NCBI RefSeq assembly: GCF_003334355.1
Contig: NZ_QOWP01000001.1
Reading direction: 5' to 3' (one strand)
From: Escherichia coli
GTDB taxonomy: Bacteria; Pseudomonadota; Gammaproteobacteria; Enterobacterales; Enterobacteriaceae
Length of the DNA: 64,000 nt
Position 1 is the stretch's first letter. Each line of letters starts with the position of its first letter. The notes below the pieces were generated by a model. It saw only the letters and a program-made list of their open reading frames with translations. It made no database searches and was not told the origin of the DNA. Both the position numbers and the translations under genes were made by a program. Shown here piece by piece: positions 11,659-22,414 of this stretch.

Positions 11659-12822
11659 ATGAACAACTTTAATCTGCACACCCCAACCCGCATTCTGTTT
11701 GGTAAAGGCGCAATCGCTGGTTTACGCGAACAAATTCCTCACGATGCTCGCGTATTGATTACCTACGGCGGCGGCAGCGTGAAAAAAACCGGCGTTCTCG
11801 ATCAAGTTCTGGATGCCCTGAAAGGCATGGACGTGCTGGAATTTGGCGGTATTGAGCCAAACCCGGCTTATGAAACGCTGATGAACGCCGTGAAACTGGT
11901 TCGCGAACAGAAAGTGACTTTCCTGCTGGCGGTTGGCGGCGGTTCTGTACTGGACGGCACCAAATTTATCGCCGCAGCGGCTAACTATCCGGAAAATATC
12001 GATCCGTGGCACATTCTGCAAACGGGCGGTAAAGAGATTAAAAGCGCCATCCCGATGGGCTGTGTGCTGACGCTGCCAGCAACCGGTTCAGAATCCAACG
12101 CAGGCGCGGTGATCTCCCGTAAAACCACAGGCGACAAGCAGGCGTTCCATTCTGCCCATGTTCAGCCGGTATTTGCCGTGCTCGATCCGGTTTATACCTA
12201 CACCCTGCCGCCGCGTCAGGTGGCTAACGGCGTAGTGGACGCCTTTGTACACACCGTGGAACAGTATGTTACCAAACCGGTTGATGCCAAAATTCAGGAC
12301 CGTTTCGCAGAAGGCATTTTGCTGACGCTAATCGAAGATGGTCCGAAAGCCCTGAAAGAGCCAGAAAACTACGATGTGCGCGCCAACGTCATGTGGGCGG
12401 CGACTCAGGCGCTGAACGGTTTGATTGGCGCTGGCGTACCGCAGGACTGGGCAACGCATATGCTGGGCCACGAACTGACTGCGATGCACGGTCTGGATCA
12501 CGCGCAAACACTGGCTATCGTCCTGCCTGCACTGTGGAATGAAAAACGCGATACCAAGCGCGCTAAGCTGCTGCAATATGCTGAACGCGTCTGGAACATC
12601 ACTGAAGGTTCCGATGATGAGCGTATTGACGCCGCGATTGCCGCAACCCGCAATTTCTTTGAGCAATTAGGCGTGCCGACCCACCTCTCCGACTACGGTC
12701 TGGACGGCAGCTCCATCCCGGCTTTGCTGAAAAAACTGGAAGAGCACGGCATGACCCAACTGGGCGAAAATCATGACATTACGTTGGATGTCAGCCGCCG
12801 TATATACGAAGCCGCCCGCTAA
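11659..12822 (+). CDS. yqhD: NADPH-dependent aldehyde reductase YqhD (iron-type alcohol dehydrogenase family)
   Basis: ORF trimmed to the ATG giving 387 aa ([27 protein letters not shown]...); GGGSVLD motif. Confidence 0.95.
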   Translation: MNNFNLHTPTRILFGKGAIAGLREQIPHDARVLITYGGGSVKKTGVLDQVLDALKGMDVLEFGGIEPNPAYETLMNAVKLVREQKVTFLLAVGGGSVLDGTKFIAAAANYPENIDPWHILQTGGKEIKSAIPMGCVLTLPATGSESNAGAVISRKTTGDKQAFHSAHVQPVFAVLDPVYTYTLPPRQVANGVVDAFVHTVEQYVTKPVDAKIQDRFAEGILLTLIEDGPKALKEPENYDVRANVMWAATQALNGLIGAGVPQDWATHMLGHELTAMHGLDHAQTLAIVLPALWNEKRDTKRAKLLQYAERVWNITEGSDDERIDAAIAATRNFFEQLGVPTHLSDYGLDGSSIPALLKKLEEHGMTQLGENHDITLDVSRRIYEAAR

Positions 12823-12926
12823 GCTTTTTACGCCTCAAACTTTCGTTTTCGGGCATTTCGTCCAGACTTAAGTTCACAACACCTCACCGGAGCCTGCTCC
12901 GGTGAGTTCATATAAAGGAGGAACGT

Positions 12927-13754
12927 ATGGCTAATCCAACCGTTATTAAGCTACAGGATGGCAATGTCATGCCCCAGCTGGGACTGGGCGTCTGGCAAGC
13001 AAGTAATGAGGAAGTAATCACCGCCATTCAAAAAGCGTTAGAAGTGGGTTATCGCTCGATTGATACCGCCGCGGCCTACAAGAACGAAGAAGGTGTCGGC
13101 AAAGCCCTGAAAAATGCCTCAGTCAACAGAGAAGAACTGTTCATCACCACTAAGCTGTGGAACGACGACCACAAGCGCCCCCGCGAAGCCCTGCTCGACA
13201 GCCTGAAAAAACTCCAGCTTGATTATATCGACCTCTACTTAATGCACTGGCCCGTTCCCGCTATCGACCATTATGTCGAAGCATGGAAAGGCATGATCGA
13301 ATTGCAAAAAGAGGGATTAATCAAAAGCATCGGCGTGTGCAACTTCCAGATCCATCACCTGCAACGCCTGATTGATGAAACTGGCGTGACGCCTGTGATA
13401 AACCAGATCGAACTTCATCCGCTGATGCAACAACGCCAGCTACACGCCTGGAACGCGACACACAAAATCCAGACCGAATCCTGGAGCCCATTAGCGCAAG
13501 GAGGGAAAGGCGTTTTCGATCAGAAAGTCATTCGCGATCTGGCAGATAAATACGGCAAAACCCCGGCGCAGATTGTTATCCGCTGGCATCTGGATAGCGG
13601 CCTGGTGGTGATCCCGAAATCGGTCACACCTTCACGTATTGCCGAAAACTTTGATGTCTGGGATTTCCGTCTCGACAAAGACGAACTCGGCGAAATTGCA
13701 AAACTCGATCAGGGCAAGCGTCTCGGTCCCGATCCTGACCAGTTCGGCGGCTAA
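12927..13754 (+). CDS. dkgA: 2,5-diketo-D-gluconate / methylglyoxal reductase DkgA (aldo-keto reductase)
   Basis: 275-aa ORF MANPTVIKLQDGNVMPQLGLGVWQASNEEV...; AGGAGG Shine-Dalgarno upstream. Confidence 0.95.
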   Translation: MANPTVIKLQDGNVMPQLGLGVWQASNEEVITAIQKALEVGYRSIDTAAAYKNEEGVGKALKNASVNREELFITTKLWNDDHKRPREALLDSLKKLQLDYIDLYLMHWPVPAIDHYVEAWKGMIELQKEGLIKSIGVCNFQIHHLQRLIDETGVTPVINQIELHPLMQQRQLHAWNATHKIQTESWSPLAQGGKGVFDQKVIRDLADKYGKTPAQIVIRWHLDSGLVVIPKSVTPSRIAENFDVWDFRLDKDELGEIAKLDQGKRLGPDPDQFGG

Positions 13755-13953
13755 CATGCAAATTCTCCCGGTGGCGGTAATGTTCCGCTACCGGACTTTT
13801 CAGAAATCATTTATTCCCCTCGCGTCCCGCCCGTTGTTACTCTTCCTTGTTCAGGAATGCCAAATATAAGGACATCATCATGCAGAGCCGGAAGCTCTTA
13901 AAAGAACAACTCATCTATATCCGGGATAAACGCAACGGAGAGGTGAAAAACAG

Positions 13954-14880
13954 ATGAAAATAATACTTCTGTTTTTAGCAGCCCTGGCAAGTTTTACCGT
14001 ACACGCACAGCCCCCCTCACAGACCGTAGAACAAACAGTCCGGCATATTTATCAGAACTATAAATCAGATGCCACTGCCCCTTATTTTGGTGAAACCGGA
14101 GAGCGGGCGATAACTTCTGCGCGTATTCAACAGGCGCTTACCCTGAACGACAATCTTACGCTGCCGGGCAATATTGGCTGGCTGGATTATGATCCGGTTT
14201 GTGATTGTCAGGATTTTGGCGATCTGGTGCTAGAAAGCGTTGCGATAACCCAAACTGACGCCGATCATGCCGATGCCGTTGTGCGCTTTCGTATCTTTAA
14301 AGATGATAAAGAAAAGACCACGCAGACACTGAAAATGGTGGCGGAAAATGGTCGTTGGGTCATTGACGATATTGTCAGCAATCATGGCAGCGTCTTACAA
14401 GCAGTTAATAGCGAGAATGAAAAAACGCTGGCCGCTTTAGCTTCGTTGCAAAAAGAACAGCCGGAAGCCTTTGTTGCCGAACTCTTTGAACATATTGCTG
14501 ATTATAGCTGGCCGTGGACGTGGGTGGTTTCCGACTCTTACCGCCAGGCGGTTAATGCCTTCTATAAAACCACCTTCAAGACGGCCAATAATCCCGATGA
14601 AGATATGCAAATAGAACGGCAATTTATTTACGACAATCCGATCTGTTTTGGCGAAGAGTCGCTATTTTCACGCGTTGATGAAATTCGAGTCCTGGAGAAA
14701 ACCGCCGATTCCGCCCGCATTCATGTTCGTTTTACGCTGACCAATGGCAACAACGAAGAGCAAGAACTGGTTTTACAGCGGCGCGAAGGCAAGTGGGAAA
14801 TCGCTGATTTTATCCGCCCGAACAGCGGCAGCCTACTTAAGCAGATTGAGGCAAAAACTGCCGCCAGATTAAAGCAATGA
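13954..14880 (+). CDS. yqhG: Secreted protein YqhG (function unknown)
   Basis: 308-aa ORF with N-terminal signal peptide MKIILLFLAALASFTVHAQ. Confidence 0.85.
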   Translation: MKIILLFLAALASFTVHAQPPSQTVEQTVRHIYQNYKSDATAPYFGETGERAITSARIQQALTLNDNLTLPGNIGWLDYDPVCDCQDFGDLVLESVAITQTDADHADAVVRFRIFKDDKEKTTQTLKMVAENGRWVIDDIVSNHGSVLQAVNSENEKTLAALASLQKEQPEAFVAELFEHIADYSWPWTWVVSDSYRQAVNAFYKTTFKTANNPDEDMQIERQFIYDNPICFGEESLFSRVDEIRVLEKTADSARIHVRFTLTNGNNEEQELVLQRREGKWEIADFIRPNSGSLLKQIEAKTAARLKQ

Positions 14881-14930
14881 GCTGAATTAAATAACAATTA
14901 GCCGGAACAATAAATAAAAGGGAACACTAT

Positions 14931-15188
14931 ATGAAAACGATTTTCACCGTGGGAGCTGTTGTTCTGGCAACCTGCTTGCTCAGTGGCTGCGTCAATGAGC
15001 AAAAGGTCAATCAGCTGGCGAGCAATGTGCAAACATTAAATGCCAAAATCGCCCGGCTTGAGCAGGATATGAAAGCACTACGCCCACAAATCTATGCTGC
15101 CAAATCCGAAGCTAACAGAGCCAATACGCGTCTTGATGCTCAGGACTATTTTGATTGCCTGCGCTGCTTGCGTATGTACGCAGAATGA
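14931..15188 (+). CDS. yqhH: Small lipoprotein YqhH (Lpp-like)
   Basis: 85-aa ORF; lipobox LLSGC in signal peptide [20 protein letters not shown]; coiled-coil-like body. Confidence 0.8.
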
Positions 15189-15189
15189 T

Positions 15190-15232
15190 AAAAAAATCCC
15201 CGGTAGCGTGTCAGTTGCCGGGGATATTTTTT
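15190..15232. terminator. Bidirectional intrinsic terminator between yqhH and ygiQ
   Basis: A-run, stem ATCCCCGG / CCGGGGAT with a 14-nt loop, then ATTTTTT; located between the convergent yqhH and ygiQ ends. Confidence 0.7.
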
Positions 15233-17450
15233 AACGTCCAACCGCCGCTTTAGGCCGTTTCTTCGCACCAGCATTCACCGGACGAGATTGCGTAGACGAC
15301 GCTTTTTTTGCCGTAGCAGGCGTCTGACGCTGGGTCGCCATCGGCGTATGTTTCGTCAACGCCGGACGGGTATTGCGGTTCTGGCGACGAGCTTCACGCA
15401 TCTCTTCAATGGTTGGCGCAGGCACTAAGCAATCGCGACGGCTACCAATCAGATGCTTTTTACCCATCGCTTCCAGCGCCTGGCGGATTAACGGCCAGTT
15501 TGCCGGATCGTGGTAACGCAACAACGCTTTATGCAAACGACGCTGCTTGTCGCCCTTCGGTACGAAGACGTCTTCACTCTTATAACCAATCTTCGCCAGC
15601 GGGTTTTTCCCGGTGTAATACATGGTGGTTGAGTTCGCCAGCGGCGATGGGTAGAAGTTCTGTACCTGGTCGAGACGGAAACGATGCTTTTTCAGCCACA
15701 GCGCCAGATTCACCATATCTTCATCACGCGTACCGGGGTGCGCGGAGATGAAATAGGGGATCAGATACTGCTCTTTACCTGCCTGTTTTGAGTAAGTATC
15801 GAACAGCTCTTTAAAGCGGTCATAGCTGCCCATGCCCGGCTTCATCATCTTCGATAACGGCCCTTCTTCGGTATGTTCCGGGGCAATCTTCAGATAACCG
15901 CCGACGTGATGGGTCGCCAGCTCTTTGATATAGCGTGGATCTTCCACGGCGATGTCATAACGTACGCCTGAGGCAATCAGGATCTTTTTAATGCCTTTCA
16001 GATCGCGAGCGCGGCGATAGAGGTTGATCGTCGGTTCGTGGTTAGTGTCCATATGCGGACAAATATCCGGGTAAACGCAGGACAAACGGCGACAAGTTTG
16101 CTCTGCGCGTGGCGATTTGCAGCGCAACATATACATGTTGGCAGTTGGCCCACCGAGATCGGAAATCACGCCCGTAAAACCTGGAACGGTGTCGCGGATC
16201 GCTTCAATCTCATTAATGATCGAATCTTCCGAACGGCTCTGAATAATGCGCCCTTCGTGCTCGGTGATAGAACAGAAAGAGCAGCCGCCAAAGCAGCCGC
16301 GCATAATGTTGACCGAGAAACGGATCATTTCGTAAGCCGGAATACGGGCATTGCCATAGGCCGGATGCGGCACGCGCTTGTACGGCAGCGCAAAGACGCT
16401 GTCCATCTCTTCGGTAGAAAGCGGAATAGCAGGCGGGTTGATCCACACATAGCGGTCGCCATGTTTTTGCATCAATGCGCGGGCGCAGCCTGGGTTAGTT
16501 TCGTGGTGCAGAATACGCGAAGCATGGGCGTACAGCACTTTATCGCCCTTCACTTTCTCGAAAGAAGGCAGCAACACGTAGGTTTTTTCCCACGGTTTCG
16601 GGCGCGGCGGCTGCACGGTTACGGCTTTGGCTTCCTGCTTTTTCGGCATCACCGGTTTGTTATCCGCACACGGCAAATCTTCGCCATACGGATGCGGTAT
16701 CGGGTCGATTTTCCCAGGAGTATCAAGACGAGTAGAATCCACGCCGCTCCAGCCTAGCAACGCCTCTTTTACGATAATCGCAGTATTACGCACATCGCGG
16801 ATTTCGCTAATTGGCTCGCCCATCGCCAGACGATGCGCCACTTCCACCAGCGGACGCTCACCGTTACCAAACATCAGCATGTCGGCTTTCGAATCCACCA
16901 GCACGGAACGGCGCACGGTATCGGACCAGTAATCATAATGCGCGGTACGGCGCAGACTAGCCTCAATACCGCCGAGGATCACCGGTACATCTTTCCACGC
17001 CTCTTTACAACGCTGGGTATAAACCAGTGTGGCGCGATCCGGGCGCTTACCCGCGACGTTATCCGGCGTGTAGGCATCGTCATGACGTAAACGGCGATCG
17101 GCGGTATAACGGTTGATCATCGAATCCATGTTGCCAGCAGTAACACCGAAAAACAGATTCGGTTTACCCAGACGCATAAAGTCGTCTTTGCTGCTCCAGT
17201 CCGGCTGGGCGATGATCCCGACGCGAAAGCCCTGCGCTTCCAGCATACGACCGCAAATCGCCATCCCGAAGCTTGGGTGATCGACATACGCGTCGCCAGT
17301 AACCAAAATGATGTCGCAGCTATCCCAGCCAAGTTGATCCATCTCTTCACGAGACATCGGCAAAAACGGTGCCGGTCCAAAACAGGCGGCCCAGTACTGC
17401 GGCCAGGAGAACAGGTCGCGATCCGGTTGGATCAGGGAGATAGAGCTCAT
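15231..17450 (-). CDS. ygiQ: Radical SAM family protein YgiQ (UPF0313)
   Basis: 739-aa [26 protein letters not shown]...; CxxxCxxC motif (CFGGCSFC) visible; Lys/Arg/Thr/Ala-rich C-terminal tail. Confidence 0.9.
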   Translation of the reverse strand: MSSISLIQPDRDLFSWPQYWAACFGPAPFLPMSREEMDQLGWDSCDIILVTGDAYVDHPSFGMAICGRMLEAQGFRVGIIAQPDWSSKDDFMRLGKPNLFFGVTAGNMDSMINRYTADRRLRHDDAYTPDNVAGKRPDRATLVYTQRCKEAWKDVPVILGGIEASLRRTAHYDYWSDTVRRSVLVDSKADMLMFGNGERPLVEVAHRLAMGEPISEIRDVRNTAIIVKEALLGWSGVDSTRLDTPGKIDPIPHPYGEDLPCADNKPVMPKKQEAKAVTVQPPRPKPWEKTYVLLPSFEKVKGDKVLYAHASRILHHETNPGCARALMQKHGDRYVWINPPAIPLSTEEMDSVFALPYKRVPHPAYGNARIPAYEMIRFSVNIMRGCFGGCSFCSITEHEGRIIQSRSEDSIINEIEAIRDTVPGFTGVISDLGGPTANMYMLRCKSPRAEQTCRRLSCVYPDICPHMDTNHEPTINLYRRARDLKGIKKILIASGVRYDIAVEDPRYIKELATHHVGGYLKIAPEHTEEGPLSKMMKPGMGSYDRFKELFDTYSKQAGKEQYLIPYFISAHPGTRDEDMVNLALWLKKHRFRLDQVQNFYPSPLANSTTMYYTGKNPLAKIGYKSEDVFVPKGDKQRRLHKALLRYHDPANWPLIRQALEAMGKKHLIGSRRDCLVPAPTIEEMREARRQNRNTRPALTKHTPMATQRQTPATAKKASSTQSRPVNAGAKKRPKAAVGR

Positions 17451-17560
17451 TTTGCTTCCAGAAATGATAAAAAAATAATCAAAGGCCGGGGATTATAAGC
17501 CGGAACGAAAGAGAAATCGAAAGGTATTCCATACTCGCCCTCCTCGGGCGAGTATGAAGA

Positions 17561-18973
17561 TTACGGTACCGGATTGACCAACAGTTGCCCAATCGAGCCA
17601 CGGTCCGCCATTTCCAGCGTCTGACTGTTGAAGTAGAACGGGAAGTGCGCCCAGGAAGGCTGACCGAAATAAACAAGCAGCTCCACTTGTCCGTCAACCC
17701 AAACGGTATCTTTCCAGCCTCTGTCTTCCGGGAACGGCATCGCGCCATTCACGTTACGGATCTGGAACATTACGCCTTCAATATGGAACGCTTGCGGCTC
17801 GTCCGCGCGTACCGTCCAGCGTTCCCACGTTCCTTGCTGCGCGGTGACATCAATACGGTTGACGTCCCACAGCTGTCCATTAATACCCGGGTCATCACCC
17901 AGACTGATATCGCGACTGCGAATTGGCGAACCAGCCATGATTTCAGTTGGCAGCAAGCGCATCGGAAGACTGTCTGTGACCAGCGGCAGAAGGCCGGTTG
18001 GGCGCAGCGTTAGCACCAGGGTAGAAACCAGAATACTGGATGGCTCAAAGAAGCCACGAATACGATCAACAATGCTCGCCGCTTCGCCACAGGTGATCGA
18101 CACTTCATCGCCGTTGCTCATATCCACCAGAATCTCGCGGCGCTCGCCCGGTGCCAGCGAAAGTTGCTTCACCGATACAGGAGCAGGCAGGAATCCCTGA
18201 TCGCCAGAAATCACATGTAACGGGCGACCATCGTTCATCTGTAGTTGATAGCGACGAGAGTTCGACGCGTTCAGCAGTCGCAAGCGCACCCAGCCACGCG
18301 AGACTTCAACGTACGGGCTTTGTACACCGTTAACCAGCAGCGTATCACCAACAAAGCCGCCGCTTCCCGGTTCGTTGTATTCTGGCGTACCAAAGTTATC
18401 CAGCCGTTTATCCTGGATAATGACCGGAAAATCATCCACACCATAATGGTTGGGGATAGGCAGCGACTTGCTGACTTCATCTTCCACCAGCCACATTCCG
18501 GCAAGGCCGTTATAGACCTGCTGAGCCGTGCGGTTGGGAGTATTGGCGTGATACCACAGAGTAGCTGCGTTCTGGCGAATGGGCAGTACGGGTGCCCAGT
18601 CAGCGTTTGGCGACATCATCCGTGCCGGACCGCCCATCAGCGGGCCTGGTACCTGTAGCCCGGCCACCGTCATTGAGACATTTTCTGTCAGGCGGTTGCT
18701 GTAAATAAGCTTAACATCGTCGCCCTTCCAGACGCGGATAGTCGGCCCCAGGTAACGACCATTGATTCCCCAGACCGACGCGCGTGTCCCTGGCGTAAAT
18801 GACCAGTGCGCACGTTGTACAGTCATAAACAGCGGTTGCCCACGGCGAGATTCAAGTAGCGGCGGAACGGGTAGCGGTTGCTGTTGCCCGGCTGCGCTGG
18901 CCTTCAGGGGAACAGCGCCTGCACAAAGTGCAATCCCCGATGCCTGAATGAACTGACGCCGACTGAGTGACAT
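17561..18973 (-). CDS. ftsP: Cell division protein FtsP (SufI), multicopper-oxidase fold, Tat-exported
   Basis: 470-aa ORF MSLSRRQFIQASGIALCAGAVPLKASA (Tat signal); matches remembered FtsP/SufI. Confidence 0.95.
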   Translation of the reverse strand: MSLSRRQFIQASGIALCAGAVPLKASAAGQQQPLPVPPLLESRRGQPLFMTVQRAHWSFTPGTRASVWGINGRYLGPTIRVWKGDDVKLIYSNRLTENVSMTVAGLQVPGPLMGGPARMMSPNADWAPVLPIRQNAATLWYHANTPNRTAQQVYNGLAGMWLVEDEVSKSLPIPNHYGVDDFPVIIQDKRLDNFGTPEYNEPGSGGFVGDTLLVNGVQSPYVEVSRGWVRLRLLNASNSRRYQLQMNDGRPLHVISGDQGFLPAPVSVKQLSLAPGERREILVDMSNGDEVSITCGEAASIVDRIRGFFEPSSILVSTLVLTLRPTGLLPLVTDSLPMRLLPTEIMAGSPIRSRDISLGDDPGINGQLWDVNRIDVTAQQGTWERWTVRADEPQAFHIEGVMFQIRNVNGAMPFPEDRGWKDTVWVDGQVELLVYFGQPSWAHFPFYFNSQTLEMADRGSIGQLLVNPVP

Positions 18974-19047
18974 ATTTGCTCCATGTAAAACTGGCTAAAG
19001 TAATACCGTGCAGGAAAGTGTTCCCCGCAAAAATACAGATTGCCGAC

Positions 19048-19785
19048 TTAAACTTTTCCGGCGGCTTCGCGTTCTGCGACTTCTTTATCGAGCTCGGCGA
19101 TTTTTTGTTCCATTATCGAACGACAATGGGCAGCCAGCTCACGAACCTGATCTTTGCCATACTGACTGACGTCAATTGGCGGCAGCATTTCGACAATCAC
19201 CAGACCGTTGTGCAGTCGATTAAGATTAATCTTATTCGAAGTTGTAGAGACGCACACGGGAATAATCGGGACGCCCGCCGCAATTGCCGCGTGAAATGCT
19301 CCAGTCTTGAACGGTAGCAGGCCGCGACCACGGCTGCGGGTTCCTTCCGGGAACATCCAGATGGAAATACGGCGTTTTTTGAAATGATTCACGACTTCCG
19401 CAATGGTGCCGTGAGCTTTAGTGCGATTGTTTCTGTCGATCAATAAGTTGCCGGTTAACCAGTACAACTGCCCGAAGAAGGGGATCCACAGCAAGCTCTT
19501 TTTACCTACCGTCACCGTCGGCGGTTGCACAATGTTCGATGCTGTCACCATGTCATAGTTGTTCTGGTGGTTAGCGATATAGATAGCATTGCCGTAGCTT
19601 TCAGCATCTGCAGGTTTGCGGCACTCAACTTTCAGGCCGAACAGCGGCGCAAGACGGCCAAACATATGCCCAAAGGTGGCCACATGTTTCGGGTTACGCG
19701 GGCTGAAAAGGCAGTAAATGGAGCCGAATACACAGACTAAGATGCTGTAAATCACGGTAATAATAAGACGAAAGATATATAGCAT
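19048..19785 (-). CDS. plsC: 1-acyl-sn-glycerol-3-phosphate acyltransferase PlsC
   Basis: 245-aa ORF MLYIFRLIITVIYSILV...; acyltransferase HxxxxD motif (NHQNNYD) and FPEGTR motif. Confidence 0.95.
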   Translation of the reverse strand: MLYIFRLIITVIYSILVCVFGSIYCLFSPRNPKHVATFGHMFGRLAPLFGLKVECRKPADAESYGNAIYIANHQNNYDMVTASNIVQPPTVTVGKKSLLWIPFFGQLYWLTGNLLIDRNNRTKAHGTIAEVVNHFKKRRISIWMFPEGTRSRGRGLLPFKTGAFHAAIAAGVPIIPVCVSTTSNKINLNRLHNGLVIVEMLPPIDVSQYGKDQVRELAAHCRSIMEQKIAELDKEVAEREAAGKV

Positions 19786-20018
19786 AACACCCTCTGAAGG
19801 TCTGAGAGACTGGCATTGTACGTCACCTGAAATCAGGTTAGGGCATTGTTAAAAGCCGCTCTCTGGAAAAGCGTATTGTTAATCGCAACGCATGAATAAA
19901 CAACGGTTTCAAGGGAATTTTTATCGTTTCCGGGGGTTGAATACGCTGCCGGATGACGACTTAACGTTTCATCCGGCGTTCCTTGCAAGCGGGAGGAAAC
20001 AGCGCCCTCCCCGGCATA

Positions 20019-22277
20019 TTACTCTTCGCTATCACCGCTGCTGGCACGGCGAGGAGAGTCGATCTCAACACGATCGATACGCTGCAAACCGCGCATCAAC
20101 GTACCGCGGCGTCCACGTTCGCCAGTGACTTTCTGTAGCTCTTCCGGACGCAGTTTAATTTTGCGTTTCCCAACATGAATGGTCAGCGTGCTTTGCGGCG
20201 GCAGAACGTACAGTTGCGCCAGACCATCTTCTCCACGTGCGGCTTCTGCCGATGGAATGTTGATAATCTTGTTGCCTTTGCCCTTCGACAGCTGCGGCAG
20301 ATCGCTTACCGGGAACATCAACATACGGCCTGCCTGAGTGATTGCCAGCAGCATATCGGAAGCATCTTCAATCACCACCGGCGGCATAACATGGGCATTT
20401 TCCGGTAAAGTGATCAAAGCCTTACCTGCACGGTTACGCGCCACCAGATCGTTAAAGGTGCAGACGAAACCGTAACCCGCATCGGAAGCCATCAGCAGTT
20501 TCTGATCGTCGCTTTCCATCAGCATATGGTCAACGGTCGCCCCAGGCGGCAACGTTAATTTGCCGGTGAGCGGCTCGCCCTGACCACGCGCCGACGGCAG
20601 CGTAATCGGGTCAATGGCATAGCTACGACCGGTGGAATCAACAAACACTACCGGTTGGTTGCTCTTACCTTTCACCGCCGCTTTGAAGCTATCACCCGCT
20701 TTATAATTCAGGCCCGGCGCGTCGATATCATGGCCTTTAGCGCTGCGTACCCAGCCCATCTGCGACAGCACAATGGTGACAGGTTCAGACGGCAGCATGT
20801 CGTGCTCGCTCATCGCTTTCGCTTCTTCGCGTTCCTGCAACGGCGAACGACGATCGTCACCGTAGGCTTGCGCGTCTGCCTGCAGTTCTTTCTTCAGCAG
20901 GTTATTCATTTTACGCTCGGAAGCCAAAATGCCCTGCAACTGGTCGCGCTCTTTTTCCAGTTCACTCTGCTCACCGCGAATCTTCATCTCTTCCAGTTTG
21001 GCAAGATGACGCAGTTTCAGTTCGAGGATCGCTTCCGCCTGGGTTTCCGTAAGGCCAAACCGCGACATCAGCGCCGGTTTCGGTTCATCTTCATTACGAA
21101 TGATCTCAATCACTTCGTCGATATTGAGAAACGCCACCAGCAAACCTTCGAGGATATGCAGGCGCTTGAGGACTTTCTCCAGACGATAGTTCAGTCGGCG
21201 GCGCACGGTATCGCGGCGGAACACCAGCCATTCGGAGAGGATTTCCAGCAGGTTTTTCACCGCCGGACGACCATCCAGACCGATCATATTAAGGTTAATA
21301 CGATAGCTCTTTTCCAGATCGGTGGTAGCGAAGAGGTGGTTCATCACCTGATCCATATCCACGCGGTTGGAACGCGGCACAATCACCAGGCGGGTCGGGT
21401 TCTCGTGGTCAGATTCATCGCGCAGATCGTCAACCATCGGCAGCTTTTTGTTGCGCATTTGCGCAGCAATTTGCTCCAGTACGCGCGCACCTGAAACCTG
21501 ATGCGGCAATGCGCTGATAACCACCGCGCCATCTTCTTTCTTCCACACCGCGCGCATACGCACTGAACCACGTCCGTTCTCGTAGATTTTACGGATCTCG
21601 GCGCGCGAAGTGATAATTTCCGCTTCAGTCGGATAATCCGGCCCCAGCACGATATCCAGCAGCTGATCGAGCGTGGTTTTCGGCTGGTCGATTAATGCGA
21701 TTGCCGCCTGAGCCACTTCACGCAGGTTATGCGGTGGAATATCGGTCGCCATGCCGACGGCAATACCGGTGGTGCCGTTAAGCAAAATGTTTGGCAGACG
21801 GGCAGGTAGCATTTTCGGCTCCTGCAAAGTGCCGTCGAAGTTTGGCACCCAGTCAGCCGTCCCCTGCCCCAGCTCGCTCAATAGCAGCTCGGAATATTTC
21901 GACAACCGGGATTCGGTGTAACGCATTGCCGCGAACGATTTCGGATCGTCCGGCGCGCCCCAGTTCCCCTGACCATCAACCAGCGGATAACGGTAAGAGA
22001 ACGGTTGCGCCATCAGGACCATCGCTTCATAACAGGCGCTATCGCCGTGCGGATGGTATTTACCCAGTACGTCACCGACGGTACGGGCCGATTTTTTAAA
22101 TTTGGCGCTGGCATTCAGGCCCAGTTCAGACATCGCATACACAATGCGGCGCTGAACAGGTTTCAGACCATCACCAATAAACGGCAACGCACGGTCCATG
22201 ATCACGTACATGGAGTAGTTTAAGTAGGCGTTTTCCGTAAATTCATGTAGCGCAAGGCGCTCTGCCATATCGCTCAT
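20019..22277 (-). CDS. parC: DNA topoisomerase IV subunit A ParC
   Basis: 752-aa [47 protein letters not shown]...; type IIA topoisomerase A-subunit hallmarks. Confidence 0.97.
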
Positions 22278-22414
22278 TAATTCTGATTCCTCAACTTATT
22301 CGCCAGCCTTCAAAGGGGCAATATTGCCGGAGATACTACATTATCTGCCGCGTCGAGTCACAGGAGATCAGCGTGAATAGCGCCGCCGGACGTGCTCCGA
22401 CGGCGATAAAGGCA

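Noticed and set aside
19950-19977. Palindrome CCGGATGA...TCATCCGG between parC and plsC as a possible terminator or REP.
   Set aside because: No T-tract follows on either strand and it does not match the REP consensus well; probably an incidental hairpin or weak stabiliser.
20655-21494. Long antisense ORFs inside well-supported genes, e.g. 279 aa opposite parC here; also 30051..30740 opposite parE, 16038..16757 opposite ygiQ, 50304..51035 opposite hldE, 23303..24004 opposite ygiS, 52004..52522 opposite glnE, 1039..1596 opposite hybA, 40135..40758 opposite ribB, 28816..29394 opposite mdaB.
   Set aside because: Each is fully embedded in the opposite strand of a gene whose product I recognise with high confidence. 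Their translations are Arg/His/Gln-rich low-complexity strings typical of antisense frames, and none has a convincing ribosome-binding site.
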